From: Bacteroidia bacterium
GTDB taxonomy: Bacteria > Bacteroidota > Bacteroidia > CAIKAF01
DNA: 64,000 nt
Assembly (NCBI GenBank): GCA_016742095.1
Contig: JACVCJ010000005.1
Location: 3,335-67,334, forward strand
Direction of reading: 5' to 3'
The translations under genes and the position numbers were made by a program. Positions 49,497-58,605 of this stretch are shown piece by piece; the stretch's first letter is position 1, and every line of letters starts with the position of its first letter. The notes beneath the pieces are model-generated. The model was not told where the DNA came from and made no database searches. It saw nothing but the letters and a program-made list of their open reading frames with translations.

Positions 49497-50897
49497 ATGC
49501 AGAATGAAATTGATGCGGAAGAATATCGTGACCATATTGCCACGATCGACGAAAAAGGCAAAAGGGTCTGGATCTTTCCGAAAAGACCCAAAGGAAAATA
49601 CACCCGTTACCGTACCCGGCTCAGCTGGTTCCTGCTGGCCGTACTGTTTGCCCTGCCCTGGATAAAGATAGGCGGGGTACCCCTGTTCCTGCTCAATGTA
49701 CCCGAGCGTAAATTTGTGCTGTTCACCGTGTTCTTCGGGCCGCAGGACTTCTTCATTTTCGCCCTGCTGATGATCGCTTTTATCGTGTTCATTGCCCTGT
49801 TCACGGTGGCTTTCGGGCGTCTTTTCTGCGGCTGGGTATGTCCGCAGACCGTTTTTATGGAAATGGTGTTCCGTAAGATCGAATACTGGATCGAAGGCGA
49901 TTATACCCGGCAGCGCGCCCTGGCCAAGAGCGCCTGGACCACGGAGAAAATATGGAAAAGAACGGCCAAGCACAGCCTGTTCCTGCTCATTTCCTTCCTG
50001 ATAGCCAATACGTTCCTGGCCTATATTTTCGGCAGTGACGCGCTGCTGCAGTTCGTAAAAGACGGTCCGGGCCCGCATTTTGGACTCTTTGTGGGCCTGT
50101 TGCTCTTTACCCTGGTGTTTTATTTTGTGTTCAGCTGGATGCGCGAACAGGTGTGCATTATCGTATGCCCCTACGGCCGTCTGCAGGGCGTATTGCTCGA
50201 CCAGAAATCGATGGTGGTGGCCTACGACCATGTACGTGGCGAACCGCGCGGCAATCCGAAGAAAAACAAGGATAAAGAACTGGGCGACTGCATCGACTGC
50301 GGACAGTGTGTGAACGTGTGCCCGACCGGCATCGACATCCGTAACGGCACCCAGCTGGAATGCGTGGGTTGCACCGCCTGTATCGATGCCTGCGACGATA
50401 TTATGGACCGTATCGGGAAACCGAAAGGTCTGGTGCGTTATGCCTCGCAGGACGAAATAAAGCATGGCCGCCGTCTGCGTTTCAGCGGCCGTATGAAGGC
50501 CTATTCCGCCGTGTTATTTCTGCTGGTGCTGCTGCTGAGCGTACTGCTGGCCACCCGCCGCGATTTTGACGTACACGTGGCCCGTATGCGCGGTACCACC
50601 TACCAGGAGCAGAGCAACGGCGACATCAGCAACTTTTTTACGCTGAAGCTCATGAACAAAAGTTTTCATACGTTCCATCCGCAGATACGTCTGCTGCAGC
50701 CCGAAGGCGGTACCCTGCGCATTATCGGTACGGCCCCCGAGCTCGAAGGCGGTTCTTCGGCCGAAGTGAACATTATGCTCAGTTACCCGGCGGCACAGGT
50801 CAAAGGCGTAAAAATGCCCGTGAAGATCGGTGTATTCAAAGGCGATACACAGGTTGACGAGAGTGAAATGGTGTTCTTCGGGCCCGGCGATTCCTGA
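49497..50897 (+). CDS. ccoG: Cytochrome c oxidase accessory protein CcoG
   Basis: GRLFCGWVCPQT, CPYGRLQ, CIDCGQCVNVCPTGIDIR, CVGCTACIDAC; start 49497 (alternative 49479). Confidence 0.95.
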   Translation: MQNEIDAEEYRDHIATIDEKGKRVWIFPKRPKGKYTRYRTRLSWFLLAVLFALPWIKIGGVPLFLLNVPERKFVLFTVFFGPQDFFIFALLMIAFIVFIALFTVAFGRLFCGWVCPQTVFMEMVFRKIEYWIEGDYTRQRALAKSAWTTEKIWKRTAKHSLFLLISFLIANTFLAYIFGSDALLQFVKDGPGPHFGLFVGLLLFTLVFYFVFSWMREQVCIIVCPYGRLQGVLLDQKSMVVAYDHVRGEPRGNPKKNKDKELGDCIDCGQCVNVCPTGIDIRNGTQLECVGCTACIDACDDIMDRIGKPKGLVRYASQDEIKHGRRLRFSGRMKAYSAVLFLLVLLLSVLLATRRDFDVHVARMRGTTYQEQSNGDISNFFTLKLMNKSFHTFHPQIRLLQPEGGTLRIIGTAPELEGGSSAEVNIMLSYPAAQVKGVKMPVKIGVFKGDTQVDESEMVFFGPGDS

Positions 50898-50917
50898 TCT
50901 TTAAAATTCTACCCGTT

Positions 50918-51364
50918 ATGTTCAATAATAAAAACCTCATTTTCATGCCCTGGCTGCTGTTTGCGCTGGGCATCAGCACCCTGGGAGTCTTAGCCTACCG
51001 CAAGAACTTCGACCTGGAAACAGAAAACTATTACGCCGCCGAGCTTACGCACGGCACCAAAATGGAACAGCTCCGCCGGGGCCGGGCCTTTAAACCGCTG
51101 CTTAGTTACCGGCAGGAAGAAAACGGTCTGCGCTTCGGCTTCCCGGCCAATTTCCGCGCAAATCCGCAGTTCCGGGGTGAGATCCGTTTGTTTCGCCCGT
51201 CCGACGCGGCGCTCGATCGTACATTTCCCATTCTGCCCGATACGGCATTACAACAACAGGTCCCGGCCGCTGAACTGGCTCCCGGTTTCTGGAAATTACA
51301 GCTGGCCTGGAGCCTGGGAAAAACCGAATACCTGCTCGAAGATACCTTAACGCTGCGGCCATGA
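50918..51364 (+). CDS. ccoH: FixH/CcoH family protein
   Basis: N-terminal TM, ENYYAAEL, LFRPSDAALD, GFWKL. Confidence 0.8.
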   Translation: MFNNKNLIFMPWLLFALGISTLGVLAYRKNFDLETENYYAAELTHGTKMEQLRRGRAFKPLLSYRQEENGLRFGFPANFRANPQFRGEIRLFRPSDAALDRTFPILPDTALQQQVPAAELAPGFWKLQLAWSLGKTEYLLEDTLTLRP

Positions 51365-52038
51365 TCGGCGCAGCCTTTATTATGGGACTGCTGGGCAGTA
51401 TGCACTGCGCCGGGATGTGCGGTCCGCTGAGCCTCATGCTGCCGGTTCGGACCTCCGCTGCGGGTAAAGTAGGCGGCCTGCTGCTGTATAACCTGGCGCG
51501 TATCCTGGTATATGCATTCCTGGGTATGCTCACGGGCTGGGCCGGTTACCTGGTTTCGCTCAGCGGCGCCGGTGTCTGGCTTATACTGGCTTCGGCCCTT
51601 ATATTGCTGATCAGCGGACTGTTCTCCTTATTCTCCCGCAACCTGCTGGAACGTATACCGCTGCCTGCCGCCTGGATGAATCGCCTGCGGCAACTGTTCC
51701 GGCCCTTGTTCCGGCAAAAGAACTACTGGAGTTATGTAGGCATGGGCGCCTTTAATGCCCTGATACCCTGCGGACTCCTGTACACCTCGCTGCTGGCTGC
51801 TGTTGCAGAGGCCCATCCGCTGCAGAGCGCCGGCTTTATGTTGATGTTCGGTTTAGGTACGGTTCCGGCGATGATGAGTGCCCAGTACCTGCTGCAGTTC
51901 GTTAAACAGGAATGGCGCATATACCTGCGCAGGGCTCTTCCCCTGCTGAGTATCGTGCTGGCTTTTTTCCTGGTTTACCGCAGTGGCATTGTGCAGGCAT
52001 ATCTTGCGCCGGAACCGGCCATGACCGAGTGCCGCTGA
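51361..52038 (+). CDS. DsbD_2 / sulfite-exporter-like cbb3 assembly membrane protein
   Basis: GLLGSMHCAGMCGP, PCGLLY, FGLGTVP. Confidence 0.88.
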   Translation: MIGAAFIMGLLGSMHCAGMCGPLSLMLPVRTSAAGKVGGLLLYNLARILVYAFLGMLTGWAGYLVSLSGAGVWLILASALILLISGLFSLFSRNLLERIPLPAAWMNRLRQLFRPLFRQKNYWSYVGMGAFNALIPCGLLYTSLLAAVAEAHPLQSAGFMLMFGLGTVPAMMSAQYLLQFVKQEWRIYLRRALPLLSIVLAFFLVYRSGIVQAYLAPEPAMTECR

Positions 52039-52059
52039 GTCCTTTTGCGCCGGACTCAG
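52035..52059 (+). terminator. Hairpin closing the cco operon
   Basis: CTGAGTCC-ttttgcgcc-GGACTCAG; no clear T tail. Confidence 0.45.
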
Positions 52060-52106
52060 GATGTCCTGTGTATGAACAATGGTAGTAAGCAGACCGACCA
52101 GCATAA

Positions 52107-52439
52107 AAAAGAAAACAGTGGAAGGCCATGTGCCTGGTTTCGGTATCACCACACCGGCAGGCCGGCAATATCATGATACAGCGCCAGGGCAGCGACGAGT
52201 ACTGGAAGCTGGATACAGACAGCGGAACCTGGCAAAAAGTACATAAGCCGAGGCTCAGTCAGCGCGAGACAGAAGTGCTGCGGCTCTATGCGCAGGGGCT
52301 GACCATCAGCCAGATCGCCGAAAAAATGTGCGTGGTGCCCGATACCGTCAAGTACTACCGGCGCCGTATCTTCGAAAATTTTGGGGTAAGCAGTATCGTA
52401 GAGGCACTTTCCTATGCAGTGAATAACAAGATCCTCTGA
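52107..52439 (+). pseudogene. C-terminal remnant of a LuxR-family regulator
   Basis: WKAMCLVS...LSQRETEVLRLYAQGLTISQIAEKMCVVPDTVKYYRRRIF HTH; in-frame TAA at 52104-06 directly upstream, no N-terminal sensor domain. Confidence 0.7.
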
Positions 52440-52449
52440 AAATCCATAC

Positions 52450-53164
52450 TCAGAGCCGGTTGATGATACGTACGGCCAGGGCGGGCCAGAGCCGCGAAAG
52501 AATATAGAGCCGTTTTACTTTTCCCACACGTATTTCCCGGCTTTCGTTCCGGAGTCCGCGTAATACGGCTTTTACCGCTTTTTCTGCGGAAATGGCCGAG
52601 GCGGGCGCCTGTCCGCGGTGCCAGGGCGTATCCACCACGGGCAATAACACCTCACTTACCCGTATTTCAGGCAGTTGCATGCGCAGCGTTTGCGTAAAGG
52701 CGTGCAGGGCGGCTTTAGATGCGTTGTAAAAGGGATAGGCGGCCCGCGGCGCGTATACAAGACCCGTGCCGATGTTTATGATGTGTGCATCGGTATTCTG
52801 CTTCAGCAGGGGCAGGAACAGCTTGCACAGGCGTACGGGAGCCAGCAGGTTCACGCTGCATTCTTCCGCGGCTTTGGCCACAGCCTGCTCATCGGCGGCG
52901 AAGGAGAACCGGTGCACGATGGCGGCATTGTTTATCAGCATACTGCTCCTGCACCCATTGAAAAAGCGCCTGGCAGTCTTCTTCCCGTGCCAGGTTGCAG
53001 CAGAAGGTCTGCAGGTCCGGGATGTGTTGCCGGGCGGCCTCCAGTTTTTGGGCAGAGCGGCCGCAGATCAGTACCCGGTTGCCCATACGGCTCAGCGCAG
53101 AGGCCAGTTCAAGACCCACTCCCGAACTTCCGCCAGTGATCAGAATGGTGTTTCCTTTCAGCAT
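52450..53164 (-). pseudogene. Frameshifted SDR oxidoreductase (DltE-like)
   Basis: TGGSSGVG in ORF 52889-53164; LINNAA and YNASK in a different frame (52450-52941); break near 52940. Confidence 0.85.
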
Positions 53165-53230
53165 AATGTAAGATGTATTGAATTACACTACAAAGAGCCA
53201 AAAGGCAAGCTACAAAAACATTAACCTGTG

Positions 53231-53806
53231 TTAACGGGGGCGACTTTTACGTATACGACTGAGTGAAACGGGCGAAATGCCCAGGTAGGAAGCGATGATA
53301 TGCTGCCGTACGCGCGATTCCAGGCCGGGAAATTCCTCCCTGAAAATGCGGTAACGGTCTTCGGCATTGAGCAGCAGCAGTTCCCTTTCTCGTTTTTCTT
53401 TTACGGAGAAGGCCCGTTCCAGTACCTGCACCAGTAAGGTGTTCCAGCAGGGATGTCCCTTTTGCAGGCGGGTCCACAGACCGTAGTCGATCTCCAGTAT
53501 CTCGCTGTCTTCCAGCGCTTCAATGAACATATGCGAGGGGCTGGAGCTGATCATGGCAGAATAGGCACTCAGGAACTGGCCTTCCGGAACAAAATTCTTC
53601 GTGTATTCACGCCCGGAAGGATCCATGTACAGGTAGCGGAAAAGCCCGCTGCCCACAAAGGCAAAGCGACGCGGCACCTGACCCTCGCGGATAAAATAAG
53701 AACCTTTGGCCAGTGAAGCGCTCTTCAGTATGGCACTGACGCGCTTCTCTTCTTCGGCAGGCAGCTCAATGGCCGATCGCAGGTATGCAAGGAACTGTTC
53801 TTTCAT
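53231..53806 (-). CDS. Crp/Fnr-family regulator (cNMP-binding domain plus HTH)
   Basis: FIREGQ..R.AFV.SGLFR, IEALEDS, IASYLGISPVSLSRIR. Confidence 0.9.
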   Translation of the reverse strand: MKEQFLAYLRSAIELPAEEEKRVSAILKSASLAKGSYFIREGQVPRRFAFVGSGLFRYLYMDPSGREYTKNFVPEGQFLSAYSAMISSSPSHMFIEALEDSEILEIDYGLWTRLQKGHPCWNTLLVQVLERAFSVKEKRERELLLLNAEDRYRIFREEFPGLESRVRQHIIASYLGISPVSLSRIRKSRPR

Positions 53807-53926
53807 CGCAGTTTCAAATATACGGGTATTTCTTTTCTTTTTCAAGGGCGGCCGGGCTCAAAATCACACATTTGCAGTAGTTTTTTTAGAGAGACGATTC
53901 CGAATTTTGCTTCTAAAGTCTGTGGT

Positions 53927-54352
53927 ATGAAAAAAATACTGTTTTTCCTGTTCTTTATAGCCGCACTGCAGGCACAGGCGGCGGTACGCGGTTACTGGTC
54001 GGGGTACATCACCCAGCACGGGTTCCTGGCCATTGCCACCAATTACCAGTACAGCCTGGTGCTGGAGACCGAAGGCGAAACCGTGTACGGGTATTCGGAG
54101 ATACGGCTGTGGAACGATACGGCCATGTTCGGCCGCATGGCATTCCGGGGCACGGTGCAGGGCAATACCGTCCGTTTTATGGAAAGCGAGATCCTGGAAC
54201 AGCGCCTGTACAGCTATGCCAGCTAGTGCCTGAAGGAACTGGAACTGGAATACATCATCGAGAACGGGCGTGAATACCTGCGCGGACGTTGGGGGAGCGC
54301 GGCCTGTTCGGGTCCGGGCGAGGCCGAATTACAGCGCCCCATCGTGGTTTAA
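53927..54352 (+). pseudogene. Exported hypothetical protein interrupted by an in-frame TAG (54224-54226)
   Basis: Frame continues YAS*CLKELELEYIIENGREYLRGRWGSAACSGPGEAELQRPIVV to TAA at 54350-52. Confidence 0.65.
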
Positions 54353-54367
54353 TGTGGCGGGGTTGCC

Positions 54368-54508
54368 ATGTTCATGGTTATGGCCGGCGTGGTGCCGGGC
54401 TCCGTGGGCGGCTGGTACCTGCTGCGTAAACGTACCCTGAAAACCGTAAAGTACATTGCCGGTATATGCCTGGTGTTTTTCGGTCTGGCCATGATGCCCG
54501 GATTTTAA
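54368..54508 (+). pseudogene. Two-TM 46-aa fragment resembling the C-terminus of a TauE/SafE exporter
   Basis: MFMVMAGVVPGSVGGWYLLRKRTLKTVKYIAGICLVFFGLAMMPGF*. Confidence 0.4.
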
Positions 54509-54564
54509 AACCGGGTTTGTCGTTTGGCAGAAAGCCGTATTTTTACGGAAAGTCTTTCGCTTGT

Positions 54565-57552
54565 ATGAAACGCATTTTCCTGTATTGCTCCCTGTTCTAT
54601 GCTCCGGCCCTGCTGGCCCAGAACCCGCTCAGCTCGCGCAGTGCGGCCTCCGGTAACAACAGCCTGGCGGGCTCCCTGAACGAAAAAGCCAACAGCATTA
54701 CCCAATACGTAAACCCCATGACGGGTACGGGCGGGCACGGGCATACCTACCCGGGTGCCACATCGCCCTTTGGTATGGTGCAGCTGAGCCCGGACACACG
54801 TGCCGATGGCTCCTGGGACGGTTGTTCGGGGTATCATTATTCCGATAAGGAAGTGCTGGGCTTTAGTCATACCCACCTGAGCGGTACGGGCTGCAGCGAT
54901 TACGGCGATATACTGCTGATGCCCTTTGCCACCAACGAGGTAAAGGACCTGAAGGCACAGAGCAAAAGCACGCTCGACCATGCAAAGGAATATGCCAGCG
55001 CCGGTTACTATTCCCTTATGCTTAAAGACGAAATTTTTGCAGAACTGACCACCACGCCCCGCGTAGGTGTGCATCGCTATACCTTTAGACCGAACCAGGC
55101 GCCGTTCATACTGCTTGATCTTAAACATCGTGACGAGACCACCGGCAGCCATTATACCCTGCTGAACGACACCACCATTGTGGGTTTCCGCAGCAGTCGG
55201 GCCTGGGCACAGAACCAGCAGCTCTGGTTCGCTATCCGCCTTTCCAAACCGGTGAAACAGCTGCGCATACAAACGGCTTCCGGCGTAAAAACGGTGCCGG
55301 CCCGCGATTTTCCCCTGCGTTTCGAGGACAGCAAAGGCCTGGTACACGCCCTGGAATTTGCGCGCGATTCACAGTATTCGGTTGTACTGCGTGTGGCCCT
55401 GAGCTGGGTGGACGAGAACGGTGCCCTGAACAACCTGGAAAAAGAAGCGCCGCATTCGAATTTTGAGGCCTACCGCAAACAGAACAGCATGCGCTGGGGC
55501 CAGGAACTGGGCAGGATAGAAGTAAAATCGGTAAAGGAAGACCGTAAAAAGGTGTTTTATACGGCGTTGTACCATTGTATGATCGCCCCGAACATTGCCA
55601 GCGATATCGACGGCCGTTACCGCGGCATGGACAATAAAATTCATACCGCAGAGGGCTTCGATTATTACTCGGTGTTCTCGCTCTGGGATACCTACCGTAC
55701 CCTGCATCCCCTGCTCAATATCATCCAGACCAAACGCAGCAACGACTTTATACGCACCTTCCTGGCCATGTACGAACAGGGCGGACGCCTGCCCGTGTGG
55801 GAACTGGCCGCCAACGAGACCAACTGCATGATCGGTTATCATTCCGTATCGGTCATTGCCGACGCCTTTGCCAAGGGCATACGGAACTGGGACCTAAACC
55901 TGGCCTGTAAAGCCGCCGAAGCTTCCGCCAACCAGGAGGGTTTCGGTATCCTGAAATACGCCCGCCAGGGCTATCTGCAACAGGAAGACGAACACGAAAG
56001 CGTGAGCAAGACCCTGGAATATGCCTATGACGATTGGTGCATTGCACAGCTGTTCCGTGCGACGGGAAATACGGCCAAACAGGCAGAATACGAACGTCGC
56101 TCCCTGGCCTTCCTGGCGCTGATCGATCCGGCCACGGGGCAGATGCGTCCGCGTACCAACGGCGGATTTGTTCCCGATTTTGACCCTTACCGCGTAGACC
56201 AGAACTTTACCGAGGCCAACAGCTGGCAGTATTCGCTGTACGCTCCGCAGAATCTTCCCCTGCTGATGCAGTTCCTGCCCGGCAGCCTGGAAACCCGCCT
56301 GGACGCACTTTTTACCGCTGAAGAAAAGACGACTGGTCGCGAACAGGCCGATATGACGGGTTTTATCGGGCAGTATGTGCACGGCAACGAGCCCAGTCAC
56401 CACATCGCATACCTGTATAATTACACGGAACAGCGGCATAAAACGCCCTTCTATGTACACCAGATACTGAATAAACTGTACAGCGACGGGCCCGAAGGAC
56501 TGCCCGGAAACGAAGACTGCGGACAGATGAGCGCCTGGTTCGTGATGAGTTCCATGGGTATTTACCCGCTTTGTCCGGGTAAGCCGGAGTACGAACTGGG
56601 TTCCCCTTTGTTTGAAGAAATAAGTGTACACCTCGAGAACGGCAAGACCTTCCGCGTTGTGGCCCCGGACGCGGCGGACAGGGAAGCCATATATCCCACC
56701 GAAGTGCGGGACGATGGCAAAGTAGTGAGCGGTTCCCGTATCCGTCACGGCAGCATCAGTTCCGGCGGTAGCCTGAGCTGGACCCTGAGTAAGAACAGCC
56801 GGGATATGTACATGGTACCCGTTCCCGGCTACGAAAAACAGGATAAGGCCATTGTACCGGCGATCAATGTAAAGAACAAGGCCTTCCGTAAAGAAACGCA
56901 GGTAGAAATTGTACATATCGACAGCACGGCACAGATCTTTTACCTGAAAAGTGTAGGCCCAAGTGATCTGTATGTATACAACGGTCCTTTTACCGTGGAC
57001 CATGGTGTGGACATACGCGCCTTTGCCCGCACAGCCGGCGGAAAGAACAGCGATACCGTGATCTGCAGCATACGCCCCTATCCCGATGCGGAAATGCAGA
57101 TCGACCTGCAGACCAAAGCCATGGCTTCGTATTTCCCGAACGGGGCTGAGGGCCTCATCGACGGGGTAAAAGGCACAACCGACTGGCGTAAGGGCGACTG
57201 GCTGGGCTTCCAGGGGCAGAATGTAAAGATAAAACTGGACCGCGGCAGTGTAAAAGCGGCTTCAGGCGTTCAGGTACGCGTACTGCGCGATGAACGTGCC
57301 TGGATCTTCTTCCCTTCGGAAGTGATCTTCCGCTACAGCAGCGACGGTGTGGAATACAGCAAACCGGTATCCGTTAAGATCAGCGCCACACGTTCAGAGA
57401 GATCTGAAATAAAGATCGTTACCAATAAACCGGGCCTCAAATTCCGCTATGCCGAAATTGAACTGGTGTACCCGGGCGTACTGCCGGCCGGTCATCCCGG
57501 GGAGGGGAACCAGAGCATACAGTTTATAGACGAGGTGGAAATTCTGAAGTAA
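54565..57552 (+). CDS. GH92 alpha-mannosidase with C-terminal accessory domains
   Basis: GHTYPGA..PFGMVQLSPDT, FSHTHLSGTG, SLWDTYR, HGNEPSHH, GNEDCGQMSAW. Confidence 0.95.
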   Translation: MKRIFLYCSLFYAPALLAQNPLSSRSAASGNNSLAGSLNEKANSITQYVNPMTGTGGHGHTYPGATSPFGMVQLSPDTRADGSWDGCSGYHYSDKEVLGFSHTHLSGTGCSDYGDILLMPFATNEVKDLKAQSKSTLDHAKEYASAGYYSLMLKDEIFAELTTTPRVGVHRYTFRPNQAPFILLDLKHRDETTGSHYTLLNDTTIVGFRSSRAWAQNQQLWFAIRLSKPVKQLRIQTASGVKTVPARDFPLRFEDSKGLVHALEFARDSQYSVVLRVALSWVDENGALNNLEKEAPHSNFEAYRKQNSMRWGQELGRIEVKSVKEDRKKVFYTALYHCMIAPNIASDIDGRYRGMDNKIHTAEGFDYYSVFSLWDTYRTLHPLLNIIQTKRSNDFIRTFLAMYEQGGRLPVWELAANETNCMIGYHSVSVIADAFAKGIRNWDLNLACKAAEASANQEGFGILKYARQGYLQQEDEHESVSKTLEYAYDDWCIAQLFRATGNTAKQAEYERRSLAFLALIDPATGQMRPRTNGGFVPDFDPYRVDQNFTEANSWQYSLYAPQNLPLLMQFLPGSLETRLDALFTAEEKTTGREQADMTGFIGQYVHGNEPSHHIAYLYNYTEQRHKTPFYVHQILNKLYSDGPEGLPGNEDCGQMSAWFVMSSMGIYPLCPGKPEYELGSPLFEEISVHLENGKTFRVVAPDAADREAIYPTEVRDDGKVVSGSRIRHGSISSGGSLSWTLSKNSRDMYMVPVPGYEKQDKAIVPAINVKNKAFRKETQVEIVHIDSTAQIFYLKSVGPSDLYVYNGPFTVDHGVDIRAFARTAGGKNSDTVICSIRPYPDAEMQIDLQTKAMASYFPNGAEGLIDGVKGTTDWRKGDWLGFQGQNVKIKLDRGSVKAASGVQVRVLRDERAWIFFPSEVIFRYSSDGVEYSKPVSVKISATRSERSEIKIVTNKPGLKFRYAEIELVYPGVLPAGHPGEGNQSIQFIDEVEILK

Positions 57553-57556
57553 AAGA

Positions 57557-58600
57557 TCATTCCGCACCGGCTTCCAGCCATACGCGGGTACCTTCGGTGC
57601 AGTTGTTGCAGATGTCGATCTGTGAGCGGCCGTTGAGCAGGGTAGCGCGGAAGCGCCGGTATTTTTCCCCTTTCCACACTTCGCGGAAGGGTTTTTCGAG
57701 GGCGCTGCCCATGGGATATTTGGCGTCTTTATCAAAACAGCAGGGCACCACATCGGCATCCCAGGTAAATACACAACTGTGCCACATTTTCCAGCACTGG
57801 TCAAGCAGGCGGTTCTTAATGCGGTATTTGCCGTCTTTTCCCTTTCTGTAACGGCTGAACTCTTCGGCCTCGGGCATCAGGGGATTCCCGTTCTCAAAAT
57901 CGTACAGTTGGGCGCTCTTGAACTTGATCTCGTCCACCCCCAGTTCGCGGGCAAGCTGCCGGGCATCTTCCACCTGGTGTTCGTTCGGTTTTACCACTAA
58001 AAACTGGAAAATTACGTATGGGGTTGCGCTGGACAGGTTTTTTTTAGCCTCCACTAAATTTTTAGCTCCTTCGATCACTTTATCAATCTTTCCGCCCACA
58101 CGATACTGCTTATACACCTCTTGTGTGGTGCCATCGATGGAAATAATTACCCGGTCGATACCGCTTTCTACGACACGCCGGGCCATGTCCTTACCCATGT
58201 AATGTGCATTGGTGGACGTGGATACGTAAATACGACGTTTTTTGGCCGCTTTTACCAGTTCCAGGAAGTTGGGATGCAGAAAGGGTTCTCCCTGGAAATA
58301 AAAGGTAAGGAACCATACGTGGCGGCTTATATCATCCAGTATTTTCTCGAACACCTCTTTGCGCAGCATACCCGTGGGTCGCGAAAAGGAGCGCAGACCG
58401 CTGGGGCACTCCGGGCAGCGCAGGTTGCAGGAGGTGGTAGGCTCTACCGAAACGGCCATGGGCATACCCAGCTGCAGCGGGTTTTTTCGTGCACGCGAAT
58501 AGTGATAGCTGCCCCAGAGCAGGGCGGCATTGTAAAGTTTGTACGGGGTTAGGGCCCGCAGCATCCGGAACGCGTCCCTGATTTCTGCACGGGCGGCCAT
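57557..58600 (-). CDS. Radical SAM / SPASM-domain protein
   Basis: CNLRCPEC, FQGEP, CWKMW...VPCCFD...ICNNC. Confidence 0.9.
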   Translation of the reverse strand: MAARAEIRDAFRMLRALTPYKLYNAALLWGSYHYSRARKNPLQLGMPMAVSVEPTTSCNLRCPECPSGLRSFSRPTGMLRKEVFEKILDDISRHVWFLTFYFQGEPFLHPNFLELVKAAKKRRIYVSTSTNAHYMGKDMARRVVESGIDRVIISIDGTTQEVYKQYRVGGKIDKVIEGAKNLVEAKKNLSSATPYVIFQFLVVKPNEHQVEDARQLARELGVDEIKFKSAQLYDFENGNPLMPEAEEFSRYRKGKDGKYRIKNRLLDQCWKMWHSCVFTWDADVVPCCFDKDAKYPMGSALEKPFREVWKGEKYRRFRATLLNGRSQIDICNNCTEGTRVWLEAGAE

Positions 58601-58605
58601 AACGC

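Noticed and set aside
22628..54226. Genome-wide TAG reassignment or pyrrolysine use
   Set aside because: TAG ends ybeY, hemW, the Rieske gene and others at their expected C-termini; no pyl genes or suppressor tRNA seen in the window.
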